Assembly: GCA_045862955.1 (NCBI GenBank)
Contig: BTVI01000007.1
Coordinates: forward strand, 36,939-100,938
Direction: 5' to 3'
Length of the DNA: 64,000 nucleotides
Origin: Fimbriimonadales bacterium
GTDB lineage: Bacteria; Armatimonadota; Fimbriimonadia; Fimbriimonadales; JABRVX01
Positions 26,793-37,714 of the stretch are shown here, piece by piece. Under the pieces are notes generated by a model. The model ran no database searches. It was not told the DNA's origin and saw only the letters and a program-made list of their open reading frames with translations. Each line of letters starts with the position of its first letter. The first letter of the stretch is position 1. Both the position numbers and the translations under genes were made by a program.

Positions 26793-28058
26793 CTACGTGT
26801 TGGCGGCACCCGTGTATACGGCACGAAGAACCTCTGCAGGCGTGGTCCATCCCTGCAAAATCTTCTGGAGGCCGTCCTCCATCATGGTGCGCATACCCTG
26901 CTGTCGGGCCGCGTGCAGAAGCTCGGGCGAGGCCCCCCCTCGCGCTATGGCAGTGCGGAACTCCGGGGTCGCGGTTACCAACTCGAACACGCCGATGCGG
27001 CCCTTGTAGCCCGTCTTGCGGCACTCCTCGCAGCCCTTTCCTCGGAAGAACTGTGCGTTGCCTACGCGCTCTGGCGTCAGGCCGAGCGCCAGCAGCTCGT
27101 TTTCTGGCGGCGTGAATGGTTCCCGACACTTCGGACAGTTGAGACGTACGAGGCGCTGCGCCATGATCGCAACCGTCACACTCGCCACCAGGTAGGGCTC
27201 GGCGCCCATGTCGAACATGCGTTGCACCGTCTCCACGGCATTATTCGTGTGGATGGTGGTCAGAACGAGGTGACCGGTTAGCGCCGCATGGATGCCGATG
27301 GCAAGCGATTCGGCGTCTCGCATCTCGCCGACCATCATGATGTCGGGGTCCTGTCGAAGGAACGTGCGAATCACCCGTGCGAAGGGCATCTTCTCGGTGA
27401 CCTGCACCTGGCACACCCGGCTCTCGAACTCGTACTCGATGGGGTCCTCGACCGTGACAATGTTAGTTTCTGGGCGGTTCAGCTTCATCAGAGAGGCGTA
27501 GAGGGTGGAGGTCTTTCCGGAACCGGTAGGTCCAGTGACGCAGATCAGGCCGTAGGGCTGCGTAATGGCTCGTTCCCACTTCTCCCGCACGTCTGCGCTC
27601 ATCCCCAGCTTGTCCAGGTCTACCTTCATTGCGCCCGGATCGAGGATGCGCATTACCACCTTCTCGCCGTTCAACGAAGGTAGGCAAGAGACGCGGCAAC
27701 TCATTCTGCGCTCTTCGAACTCCATGTCGATGCGCCCGTCTTGCGGCTCGCGCCGCTCGTCAATCTGCATGTTCGCCGCGAGTTTGATGCGAGCCACGAT
27801 GTTCTGCGCGATCTCCGGCGGGAACTGCCCGAAGTCGTGAAGCACTCCGTCTATGCGGTAGCGCACCTTGAGCTGCTGTCTCTCTGGCTGGAGATGGATG
27901 TCCGAGGCGTTCTGCTCCAGCGCGCGGATGAACAGGTTGTCCACCATAAGGACGGCTTCGGACAGCTCGTCGCCGCCCATCTCGCGCATCATGCCTGTGT
28001 CGCGCAGAATGAGGCGAAATCGCCTCTTCGACTGCCATCCGCCCTGGTTCATTGTCAT
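26793..28058 (-). CDS. Type IV pilus/T2SS assembly ATPase PilB/GspE family (short form)
   Basis: ASDIH, GPTGSGKTS, TVEDPIE, LRQDPDIMMVGEMRD, TGHLV, CxxC...CxxC. Confidence 0.93.
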   Translation of the reverse strand: MTMNQGGWQSKRRFRLILRDTGMMREMGGDELSEAVLMVDNLFIRALEQNASDIHLQPERQQLKVRYRIDGVLHDFGQFPPEIAQNIVARIKLAANMQIDERREPQDGRIDMEFEERRMSCRVSCLPSLNGEKVVMRILDPGAMKVDLDKLGMSADVREKWERAITQPYGLICVTGPTGSGKTSTLYASLMKLNRPETNIVTVEDPIEYEFESRVCQVQVTEKMPFARVIRTFLRQDPDIMMVGEMRDAESLAIGIHAALTGHLVLTTIHTNNAVETVQRMFDMGAEPYLVASVTVAIMAQRLVRLNCPKCREPFTPPENELLALGLTPERVGNAQFFRGKGCEECRKTGYKGRIGVFELVTATPEFRTAIARGGASPELLHAARQQGMRTMMEDGLQKILQGWTTPAEVLRAVYTGAANT

Positions 28059-28139
28059 GTCCGTCCTCCTGTGTCTCCGCTCTCTCCGCTACGTTCGACG
28101 TACTCCAGGCAAGTCCGTGTCGGTGGTCCTCGGTGCCTA

Positions 28140-29252
28140 TCACTTGAAAGCGTCCATCACGCGCCAGCCCGCGAGTGAGCCCAGGAAGAGCACGTTACCG
28201 CCCCAAGTCGCCACCTCGGTCCACCCGTGGGGCTGGGGCAGTGAGAACGCCACTGCAAAACAAGCGGTGAGAACGATGGTCCACACGAACAATCGCGTCA
28301 GACTCGGCGAACCGGCTTCCTGAAGCAGCGCCGACACACCGTAGGCAACGAGTGCCACCCAGAACTGAACCGCGGCCAGCATTCCATACACGCCTGCCCG
28401 CGAGAACCGTCCGCCGAGAGAGCCGAGAGACTCCCACCGGTCCAGCTGCTCCGAGGCGGAGAGCAGCGCCCCGGTAAGCGCTCCGCTCACGAACATCATC
28501 AGTAGGAGGCTCGGTGTCCAATGCACGATCATTGGTAGGAGCGCGAGCGGTGCATCGTTGGAGATGCACACGAAACCCATCAGAACCGGTTGCACGATGA
28601 GGGACACTCCCAGCGCTACGTTGCGGTTGCGTATGCTCTTCGCGATGGGACCTTGCTTGGCGAGACGAATCTCCTCCAACTTGTCGAGGACCTGCTGATA
28701 GCGTCGTTCGAAACTGCGGTCGTGCGGGGAGTATTGGATCGCTAGGGAGTACATGCGCGCAGCCGCATCCCACTTCTGTTGTGTGCGGTATACGTCGCCG
28801 AGTAGGGCATACGCGGGTGCCAGGCGAGGGTGTCTGCCTATCAGCGCCTTTGCTTCCTGTTCGGCCAGCCGAAGGCGTCCGGTGGCAAAGTACGCATGAG
28901 CTGCGTCCAATCGCTCCCTAACATCTTTGGGGATACCGACCGTAGAAGGTCGAGCCTTCGGAGCCTGTCTCTTCGGTGCCTCGCGAGATTCGGGATGCCG
29001 CGGCGCAGTCTCTGGCTTGGTCTCTGAGCGCTTGCGCTCGAGGTCCAGAATCGCATCGAAGTTGGACCTTCGTACCGGGTCGGACAGAACCTGGTAGCTC
29101 TCGGTCACCTGCAGGAAGCGTGCAGTGGCCTCTGGAGAGTTACTCACATCGGGGTGTAGCTCACGCACTAACTGCCGGTAGCGGGCCTTGATCTCGTCGT
29201 ACGTTGCGTGCCGATCCAGACCCAAAATGCGGTAGTGGTCGATCGCCGGCAC
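28140..29252 (-). CDS. DnaJ-domain + TPR + multi-TM protein
   Basis: DHYRILG...LHPDV J-domain, TPR-like AYALLGDVY, about five C-terminal hydrophobic helices; GTG overlapping the pilC stop. Confidence 0.85.
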   Translation of the reverse strand: MPAIDHYRILGLDRHATYDEIKARYRQLVRELHPDVSNSPEATARFLQVTESYQVLSDPVRRSNFDAILDLERKRSETKPETAPRHPESREAPKRQAPKARPSTVGIPKDVRERLDAAHAYFATGRLRLAEQEAKALIGRHPRLAPAYALLGDVYRTQQKWDAAARMYSLAIQYSPHDRSFERRYQQVLDKLEEIRLAKQGPIAKSIRNRNVALGVSLIVQPVLMGFVCISNDAPLALLPMIVHWTPSLLLMMFVSGALTGALLSASEQLDRWESLGSLGGRFSRAGVYGMLAAVQFWVALVAYGVSALLQEAGSPSLTRLFVWTIVLTACFAVAFSLPQPHGWTEVATWGGNVLFLGSLAGWRVMDAFK

Positions 29253-30433
29253 TAGAACTCCTTGAGCAAGCCCGCCGCATATCCCGCGTAGAACGACAGG
29301 ATCATGTAGGCGATGTATATCATGATCCCGACGTATACTATGACCGAGAACCCAATCGCAGACTGCTTGGCTCGCACCTTCGACTCCGCTTCGCAAGCCT
29401 GCGCGACGCTGGTCATCATGGCATTCAGCTCTCCCGTCTGCTCGCCCGTCCGAAGCATGTCGATCAGCATAGGTGAGAACACCTGCGTGTCGGCCAGCGT
29501 CTGTGCGATGGGTGCGCCGGCTTCGATGCGCGGAGCAGCCTCGTGTGCCTTCGCGGCGATAACCTCGCTACCAGAACTGTCACCGGCTAGTCGCAGCGCA
29601 TCACCCAACGGCACGCCGGATGCATGAAGCGCTCCCAGGGCGCGCCCGAACCGTCCCATGGCAGCGATGCGTGCCGTCTTGCCTACTACCGGGAAGTTGA
29701 GGCGAAAGGCGTCCCAGGCGAGTCGGCACCGTTGGGAACGCATCGCCAGCCGGAACAGCGCCGTGATTACGATAGCAACACTGGCAATCGTGAGTAGCAA
29801 ACCGGCGTCACTCAGCGGCGCTTTAATGGTCATGCCGGCGCTACCTACCAACCCACGGACAACGGCGTTCACCGCAAAAGGCAGAACAATGGCGATCACT
29901 AACAGAATGATAGGGTAGGCGAGCGCCACGCGAAGCAGCCGCCGAATCTCGATGTCGCTTTCCAGGTATTCCGAAAGGTGTCGCAAGGCGCTGTCGAGGA
30001 AACCGCCCTTTTCGCCGGCGCTCACGATTGCCAGCTCTAGCGGCGAGAACGAGGGCTCGCATCGCCGCATGGCTTCGGCGAGCGATGAACCCGCATCGGT
30101 CTCCTGCGAGAGCCGAATAATAACGGCACGTAGGCGGGCGTTGGCTGTCTGCCGCGAGAGGCTCTCGAGAGCGCTCGGCATCGCCATTCCCGCCTTCAGC
30201 ATCATCGCGAGCTGCGAATAAAAGGGCGCCAGCGCGTAGGGGCTGAACCCGCCTCGCACCGCGCGCAGCCCAGCCCGGCCTGGCACCCCGCCGACCGGCT
30301 CGACGGCGAGCGGATCGTATCCGCGAGACCGAAGCTGCTGCTGGACCGCCGCCACGGTATCGGCGGTAGTAAGCCCCGACACTTCATGTCCCATCGTGTC
30401 GCGCGCCGTGTAGCGGAACTTCATCGCGGGCAT
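29252..30433 (-). CDS. Type IV pilus/T2SS inner membrane platform protein PilC/GspF
   Basis: FRYTARD, QLAMMLKAG, AGEKGG, ALAYP, TGEQTGEL; start at 30433 or 30448. Confidence 0.9.
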   Translation of the reverse strand: MPAMKFRYTARDTMGHEVSGLTTADTVAAVQQQLRSRGYDPLAVEPVGGVPGRAGLRAVRGGFSPYALAPFYSQLAMMLKAGMAMPSALESLSRQTANARLRAVIIRLSQETDAGSSLAEAMRRCEPSFSPLELAIVSAGEKGGFLDSALRHLSEYLESDIEIRRLLRVALAYPIILLVIAIVLPFAVNAVVRGLVGSAGMTIKAPLSDAGLLLTIASVAIVITALFRLAMRSQRCRLAWDAFRLNFPVVGKTARIAAMGRFGRALGALHASGVPLGDALRLAGDSSGSEVIAAKAHEAAPRIEAGAPIAQTLADTQVFSPMLIDMLRTGEQTGELNAMMTSVAQACEAESKVRAKQSAIGFSVIVYVGIMIYIAYMILSFYAGYAAGLLKEF

Positions 30434-30448
30434 TTCGATGACCCCCAC

Positions 30449-31551
<1,103 letters not shown>

Positions 31552-31595
31552 ATCTCGGCGTCTGAGAGCCTGCCTAGCAATCCTCGAGGATCGCG

Positions 31596-31732
31596 TGGTA
31601 CACTGCAGTCACAGGTCGGATGGGGCTGTCTCGTGCCGTTGTCCGCAGGTGCTTTGGAGAAGGCGCCGGCGCAGAGCGGCATAACGCGGCCCTCCGACAC
31701 ACTGACGGAAGGAACATCGGAGGCCACGGTAT
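31596..31732 (+). promoter_or_regulatory. Extended -10 promoter and structured 5' leader of rpsO (candidate S15 leader)
   Basis: TGGTACACT at 31596-31604; long nested hairpin at 31615-31698. Confidence 0.55.
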
Positions 31733-32002
31733 ATGCCGCTGCCGCGCGAAACGAAAGCGCAGATTGTAACGGAATACGGACGAGCTGAGCGGGACACGGG
31801 TTCTGCCGAAGTGCAGATTGCCTTGCTCACAGCCCGGATTCAGTCCATCACCGAGCATCTGCGCACCCACAAGAAGGACTTCCATTCCAGGCGGGGGCTG
31901 CTGCTTCTGGTCGGCCGCCGTCGGAGGCTTCAGCAATACCTTCGTAACGTGGACATCGAGCGATACCGCGATCTCATCAAGCGTCTCGGCATTCGCGGCT
32001 AG
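31733..32002 (+). CDS. rpsO: 30S ribosomal protein S15
   Basis: [13 protein letters not shown]...[12 protein letters not shown]. Confidence 0.98.
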   Translation: MPLPRETKAQIVTEYGRAERDTGSAEVQIALLTARIQSITEHLRTHKKDFHSRRGLLLLVGRRRRLQQYLRNVDIERYRDLIKRLGIRG

Positions 32003-32034
32003 ATTCCGTAGCTCTCTAGATAAAACAAACCACA

Positions 32035-34401
32035 ATGATTCATACTGTCAGCCGGGAGATCGCCGGCAAACTGTTCGCATTCGAGAGCGGACGGTTGGCG
32101 AAACAGGCCGACGGCGCAGTCGTTGCAGGTGTGGGGGATACCATCATCCTAGCCTGTGCGACCATGGCGCGGACCCCTCGGGAGGGACAAGGGTTCTTCC
32201 CCCTGACCTGCGACTACGAAGAGCGCAAGTACAGCGTTGGGAAGATCCCCGGCGGCTTCATCAAGCGCGGGGGGCGCCCGAGCGACAAGGCCGTGCTCAC
32301 ATCACGCCTGATTGACCGTCCGCTTCGACCGCTGTTCCCAGAGGGAATGCGCAACGACGTGCAGGTCATTGCCACTACCCTCTCCACAGAGCAGGAAAAC
32401 CCGAGCGACGTGATCGCAGTCACGGCCTCGTCTGCCGCCTTGTGCATCTCCGACATCCCCTTCGCAGGCCCGATCGGTTGCGTCCGCATCGGCATGATCG
32501 ACGGCCAGATGATCCCGTTTCCTTCGGTCGAACAGATCAACCGGTCAGACCTCGACCTAGTCTTGGCGGGTACGAAGGAGCAGATCGTGATGGTCGAGGC
32601 GGGCGCCAGGTGGGTGCCGGAGGCGGTCATGCTGGATGCCATGGAATTTGGCCAGAGCCTGATCCGCGAGCTGTGCGAGCTGCAAGAAGAGCTCGTTGCG
32701 CTTGCTGGCAAGCCGAAGACCGACGTGCCGCTCTTCCTGGTCGATCCGGTGGTGCTGGAGACGGTTCGCACCGAGTGCGCCGCCGATATTCAGAGCGCGC
32801 TCCAGAACCCGGACAAGCTTAGCCGCGAGTCTGCCCTGGAAGACCTCAAGGCCGACATCGTAGAGAAGATGGCGGAGCGGTTCGAAGACGAGGCGCAGCA
32901 GGCTCAAGTGGGCGAAGCGGTGGACAAGCTGATCAAGCAGACCGTGCGCTCCACGCTGCTCGCCACTGGCAAACGGCCCGACGGTCGCGGGCCCACGGAT
33001 ATCCGTGAACTGAGCGCAGAGGTGGGTCTCTTGCCCCGTACCCACGGCAGTGGCCTGTTCACCCGAGGCCAAACGCAGGTCCTCACCTCAGTCACCCTCG
33101 GCCCGCTGGACGACGCCCAGATCATAGACGGCCTGGAAGAGGACACACGGAAGCGCTACATGCACTTCTATAACTTCCCGCCGTACTCCACGGGTGAGAC
33201 GCGCTTTATGCGTGGACCCGGGAGGCGAGAGGTGGGTCACGGCGCCCTGGCCGAGCGCGCCCTGAAACCGGTGATCCCAGACGAAGAGAGCTTCCCCTAT
33301 GCGATCCTCCTGGTATCCGAGGTCTTGGAGTCGAACGGCTCGTCCTCTATGGCGAGCGTGTGCGGAAGCACGTTGGCTCTGATGGACGCGGGAGTGCGAA
33401 TCTCGGCCCCCGTCGCAGGTATCGCGATGGGGATGATCAGCGACTCGGAACGACGCGTCATCTTGACTGACATCCAAGGCATCGAGGATGCGTGCGGCGA
33501 CATGGACTTCAAGGTGGCCGGCACGCGCGAAGGGATTACGGCACTGCAGCTCGACGCGAAGATCGGCGGGCTAACGAGACAGGACCTGGCGGAGGCGTTG
33601 GAGCAGGCGCGACAGGCACGCATGGTCATTCTCGACTGCATCTTATCTACCATTCCCGAGCCGAGAGAGAGCCTGTCGCAATACGCTCCTCGCATCTTCA
33701 TACTCGAGATCGACCCGAGCAAAATCGGTGAGGTCATCGGCCCCGGGGGACGGGTTATTCAAAAGATTTGCGCTCTCTCGGGAGCCGAGATCGACATCGA
33801 GCAAACGGGCAAGGTGTACATCGCGGCTCCGACCTTCGAAGGTGGCGAGCTCGCACAGAAGATGATCCGGGACCTCACACAAGAGGCGGTCGTCGGGTCC
33901 GAATACGATGGCGTGGTCACGCGCTTCACCGGTCGAGGCGCATTCGTCGAATTCCTGCCGGGCCGCGAGGGCCTGGTCCCCGTGGACAAGCTCGTGCGTT
34001 GGCGCATCCGCCGACCCGAGGAAGTGGTGCAGATCGGGGACTCGATCCGCGTCAAGATTGACGAGGTGGACAGCCTTGGCAGGCTAAACTTGACTGCACT
34101 TGGCCTGCCACAGACCCTCGAGAGCCTCAGCGAAGCAAATCGCCCGGTCGGTGCCCAGGCCGAGCACCGCTCCGGCGGCGGTGGAGGGCACTCCGGTCGC
34201 GGTCCAGACGATCGCGGGTCGCGGGGTGGTGGCGGTAGCGGGCCACGGCCGCAGCGGGGTGGACCATCTCGCGGAAGCGGCGAGCGCGGTGGTGATCGAA
34301 GTCACGGTTCGGGGCCGGGGCGCAGCGACCGACCGCAAGGCGACGACCGCGGCCCGCGGCAGGACGATGGGCCGCAGGCAAGGTTCCGACCGCGCCGGTA
34401 G
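32035..34401 (+). CDS. pnp: Polyribonucleotide nucleotidyltransferase
   Basis: FFPLTCDY, RLIDRPLRP, HGSGLFTRGQTQ, ESNGSSSMASVC, KH and S1 domains; Gly/Arg-rich tail. Confidence 0.98.
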   Translation: MIHTVSREIAGKLFAFESGRLAKQADGAVVAGVGDTIILACATMARTPREGQGFFPLTCDYEERKYSVGKIPGGFIKRGGRPSDKAVLTSRLIDRPLRPLFPEGMRNDVQVIATTLSTEQENPSDVIAVTASSAALCISDIPFAGPIGCVRIGMIDGQMIPFPSVEQINRSDLDLVLAGTKEQIVMVEAGARWVPEAVMLDAMEFGQSLIRELCELQEELVALAGKPKTDVPLFLVDPVVLETVRTECAADIQSALQNPDKLSRESALEDLKADIVEKMAERFEDEAQQAQVGEAVDKLIKQTVRSTLLATGKRPDGRGPTDIRELSAEVGLLPRTHGSGLFTRGQTQVLTSVTLGPLDDAQIIDGLEEDTRKRYMHFYNFPPYSTGETRFMRGPGRREVGHGALAERALKPVIPDEESFPYAILLVSEVLESNGSSSMASVCGSTLALMDAGVRISAPVAGIAMGMISDSERRVILTDIQGIEDACGDMDFKVAGTREGITALQLDAKIGGLTRQDLAEALEQARQARMVILDCILSTIPEPRESLSQYAPRIFILEIDPSKIGEVIGPGGRVIQKICALSGAEIDIEQTGKVYIAAPTFEGGELAQKMIRDLTQEAVVGSEYDGVVTRFTGRGAFVEFLPGREGLVPVDKLVRWRIRRPEEVVQIGDSIRVKIDEVDSLGRLNLTALGLPQTLESLSEANRPVGAQAEHRSGGGGGHSGRGPDDRGSRGGGGSGPRPQRGGPSRGSGERGGDRSHGSGPGRSDRPQGDDRGPRQDDGPQARFRPRR

Positions 34402-34424
34402 CCAGCGGGTACTTCGAGAGGTGA

Positions 34425-34452
34425 GCGACGGCCGGCCCGCGCCGGCCGTCGC
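34425..34452 (+). terminator. Perfect 12-bp GC hairpin after pnp
   Basis: GCGACGGCCGGC-ccgc-GCCGGCCGTCGC; no U tract, so it may be a stabilising or processing hairpin. Confidence 0.45.
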
Positions 34453-34544
34453 AGTCATGGGGGAACTGGCGGTTAGCGTGGCGAAGTCTCATCGCGCGAC
34501 GGCTTCGTTGCCGCCGGTCGTCCGCCTGAGAGCTTAGAGGTGTC

Positions 34545-35795
34545 ATGAGTACGAATCGCGTTGAGCGCATCGTGTTAGCGAATCGTCTGCGGGTCCTCGT
34601 GGAACCGGTGGACTACGTCAAGTCTGTGGCCCTGGGCCTCTGGGTAGGCACGGGCTCGCGCTACGAGTCTCCCGAGGAAGCCGGCATATCGCATGTGCTC
34701 GAGCACATGATGTTCAAGGGCACGAAAACCCGCACTGCCAAACAGATTGCCGAAGAGATCGAGGGCCGTGGCGGCTCTCTCAACGCCTTCACCGATCGCG
34801 AGTTCACCTGCTACTACGCGCGCGTATTGTCCGACGACCTCCCCGTAGCGATGGACGTGCTGTGCGACATGTTGGTCAACTCTCTGTTCGACCCGGAAGA
34901 ACTGGCACGCGAGCAGCAAGTTATCCTCGACGAGATCAAGCGACATGAAGACGAGCCGGACGATCTGGTGCACGACCTGCACGCCCGTGCGTGTTGGGAT
35001 GGGCATCCGCTCGCTCCCCCCGTGATAGGTACCGCGGAGTCCGTATCGGCGATGAAGCGTGAGGACCTGCTGGACTACATAGAGCGCCGGTATCGGCCGA
35101 ACCGCATCGTTGTTGGTGTGGCGGGCAATGCCGAGCCCGCTGATGTGGTCCGCATGGTGGAGGAGCGGCTCGGCTCCTTGTCGGGGTCTGCAGAGGTCGC
35201 CAACGAGCCGCCCCCGGATATCAGGCCCCAGAACCAATCGATAGCAAGGGATGTCGAGCAGGTTCACTTCTGCTATGGGGGACGCGGATACAGTCAACAC
35301 GACCCGAAGAAATACGTCGCCGGGGTACTCGATGCGCTGTTAGGTGGCAGCATGAGCAGTCGGCTGTTCCAAGAGATAAGGGAGCGCAGAGGACTCGCCT
35401 ACGCCATCGGCTCCTATACGACCTGTCATGCGGAAGGTGGCCTGTTCACGGTCTATGGTGGTACCAGCCTTGCTAACTTCCCGCAGGTGCTAGACCTTAT
35501 CCGAAGCGAACTGGACAAGGTGGTTTCGGAGCCGCCGCCCGCCGACGAGGTGGAGCGTGTGAAGAACCAGATCCGAGGCAACCTCGTGCTCGGCTTGGAA
35601 AGCATGAGCAGTCGGATGTCACGCATGGCTAGGAACGAGCTGTACTTCGAGCGCGTGGTGCCAATCGAAGAGACCATCGAGCGCATAAACGCCGTGACGC
35701 CCGAGGATCTGCAACACGCGGCGGCGGAGTGCTTTGGCGAGGACAGAATGACCCTTACCGCAGTGGGCCCCTTCGGGCGGGAGGCGCAGGCCTAG
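34545..35795 (+). CDS. M16 family zinc peptidase
   Basis: GSRYE, HVLEHMMFKGT (HxxEH), NAFT, SSRLFQEIRE. Confidence 0.93.
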   Translation: MSTNRVERIVLANRLRVLVEPVDYVKSVALGLWVGTGSRYESPEEAGISHVLEHMMFKGTKTRTAKQIAEEIEGRGGSLNAFTDREFTCYYARVLSDDLPVAMDVLCDMLVNSLFDPEELAREQQVILDEIKRHEDEPDDLVHDLHARACWDGHPLAPPVIGTAESVSAMKREDLLDYIERRYRPNRIVVGVAGNAEPADVVRMVEERLGSLSGSAEVANEPPPDIRPQNQSIARDVEQVHFCYGGRGYSQHDPKKYVAGVLDALLGGSMSSRLFQEIRERRGLAYAIGSYTTCHAEGGLFTVYGGTSLANFPQVLDLIRSELDKVVSEPPPADEVERVKNQIRGNLVLGLESMSSRMSRMARNELYFERVVPIEETIERINAVTPEDLQHAAAECFGEDRMTLTAVGPFGREAQA

Positions 35796-35796
35796 C

Positions 35797-36582
35797 ATGC
35801 CTGCACCTTCGCCGATTCGCGTTGGGGTAAGTGGTGCCGCTGGGCGAATGGGCCGGGAGGTGGTAGCAGCGGTCTCCAGCGACGCTGACCTCGTCCTTTG
35901 TGCGGCGATTGACCGGGTGCATGTCGGCGAGGACAGCGGCGCCCTCGCAGGAATCGCAACCAACGGCATCATCGTTAGGGATGACCTCGCATCGGCTCTG
36001 ACCGATGCGCACTGCGATGTGCTAGTGGACTTCACTCAGCCGGACTCCGCTGCAGACAACGCCAGGATCGCTGTCCAGTCCGGAGTGCGACCCGTGATCG
36101 GTACGAGCGGCGTCGTCCCGGAAGACCGTCTACAACTGGACTCCCTGCTTCGCGCCAGCAGTCTCGGCGGGCTGCTCGTCCCGAACTTTGCACTCGGCGC
36201 TGTGCTGATGATGAAGTTTGCTGCGGAAGCCGCTTCGTACTTCCCGAAACGAGAAATCATCGAACTCCACCACGACCGGAAGCTGGACGCGCCGTCCGGG
36301 ACCGCCATCCGCACCGCGGAGATGATGTCGCAAAACCCTGGCCGAGCACCGGATGCCGGCTCCGCCGCCCGGGGAGAAGTAGTTCGCGATGTGCACATCC
36401 ACAGCGTGCGTCTGCCCGGTCTCGTGGCCCACCAAGAGGTCTTGTTCGGGGGGCCGGGCGAGCTGCTAACCATTCGCCACGATTCCTTCGACCGCAAGTG
36501 CTTCATGCCGGGGGTACTTCTCGCCATCCGGAAGGTCTTCGATGTCGAAGGGCTCGTGGTTGGTCTTGAAGCGGTTCTATAG
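35797..36582 (+). CDS. dapB: 4-hydroxy-tetrahydrodipicolinate reductase
   Basis: GAAGRMG, VDFT, ELHHDRKLDAPSGTA, HSVRLPG. Confidence 0.96.
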   Translation: MPAPSPIRVGVSGAAGRMGREVVAAVSSDADLVLCAAIDRVHVGEDSGALAGIATNGIIVRDDLASALTDAHCDVLVDFTQPDSAADNARIAVQSGVRPVIGTSGVVPEDRLQLDSLLRASSLGGLLVPNFALGAVLMMKFAAEAASYFPKREIIELHHDRKLDAPSGTAIRTAEMMSQNPGRAPDAGSAARGEVVRDVHIHSVRLPGLVAHQEVLFGGPGELLTIRHDSFDRKCFMPGVLLAIRKVFDVEGLVVGLEAVL

Positions 36583-36635
36583 CCTAGGTACACTTGCCAT
36601 TCACGCACGACTTCGTGGAAGCAGGTGGGTGTCTG

Positions 36636-37652
36636 GTGTCTCGTCCATGGAACATCGGTGTAGTAGGTGCAACGGGAGCCGTAGGACAGGAGTTCTTGCA
36701 GCTTCTCGGCTCCAGGCGGCAGCTGCCTGTTGGTGAGCTGAGGCTATTCGCGTCTGCAGCATCGGAGGGCAAGACACTAGAGGCTCTCGGAGCGGACCAC
36801 GTCGTCAGGGCTCCAGCCGAGAGGTGTTTTGACGGGCTAGACCTCGTGTTCTTCTCCGCAGGCGCCGGAACGGCGCGGTCGCTCGCTCCCCAAGCGCTCG
36901 AAGCCGGCGCGCGAGTTGTGGACAACTCCAGCGCTTTTCGCATGAACTCCGGTGTCCCGCTCGTGATCCCCGAGATCAACGGCAGCGAGATCACCGCCGA
37001 TACGCGGCTGGCCGCTGTTCCGAATTGCTCGACCATCATCCTTCTGATGGCGGTGGCGCCGCTGCGCGCGCTCGCGCCAATCCGCCGGATTATCGTCTCC
37101 ACCTATCAGGCGGCGAGTGGGGCGGGGGCGAAGGCGATGCGGGAGCTGATCGAGCAAGCCGGCGCCGTGCTGCGCGGCGAGAACGTTACCCCGAGAGCCT
37201 TGCCCCACCAGATTGCCTTCAACGTCTTTAGTCACGACAGTCCGATGGACGAGACGCTCAGAAACGAAGAAGAACGGAAGGTCGAGGCAGAGTCGAGACG
37301 CATTCTAGGACAGCCGGAGCTCGGCGTCACGGCAACGTGCATGAGAGTCCCGGTGCTGCGGGCTCACACCCAAGCAGCCTACGTCGAGTTCGATGGCGAT
37401 GTGGATGTGAAGCGAGCGCACGATGTCCTCGCAAGCTTTCCCGGCGTCGCGGTAGTGGACGATCCCGCGGCCAACCACTTCCCGATGCCCATCGAGGCGA
37501 CGGGCCGTGACGAAGTTCTAGTAGGTCGGATTCGGCGAGATACGTATAACCCTAGAGCGATAAACTTGCTCATTTCCGGCGATCAATTGCGCAAGGGAGC
37601 GGCGCTGAACAGCATCCAAATCGCCGAGCTCATGCGACAATCCGCAGGCTAG
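36636..37652 (+). CDS. asd: Aspartate-semialdehyde dehydrogenase
   Basis: VVGATGAVG, DNSSAFRM, PNCST, STYQAASGAG, RKGAALN; GTG start inferred. Confidence 0.96.
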   Translation: MSRPWNIGVVGATGAVGQEFLQLLGSRRQLPVGELRLFASAASEGKTLEALGADHVVRAPAERCFDGLDLVFFSAGAGTARSLAPQALEAGARVVDNSSAFRMNSGVPLVIPEINGSEITADTRLAAVPNCSTIILLMAVAPLRALAPIRRIIVSTYQAASGAGAKAMRELIEQAGAVLRGENVTPRALPHQIAFNVFSHDSPMDETLRNEEERKVEAESRRILGQPELGVTATCMRVPVLRAHTQAAYVEFDGDVDVKRAHDVLASFPGVAVVDDPAANHFPMPIEATGRDEVLVGRIRRDTYNPRAINLLISGDQLRKGAALNSIQIAELMRQSAG

Positions 37653-37714
37653 GGATTGGCACGATTTATATAAGTTAATAGCCAAAACCTGTACCAAACG
37701 AAAGGCGGTGTGAC

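Noticed and set aside
31611..31715. SRP (4.5S) RNA
   Set aside because: Lacks the CAGG...GGAA...AGCAG domain IV motif; position fits an rpsO leader.
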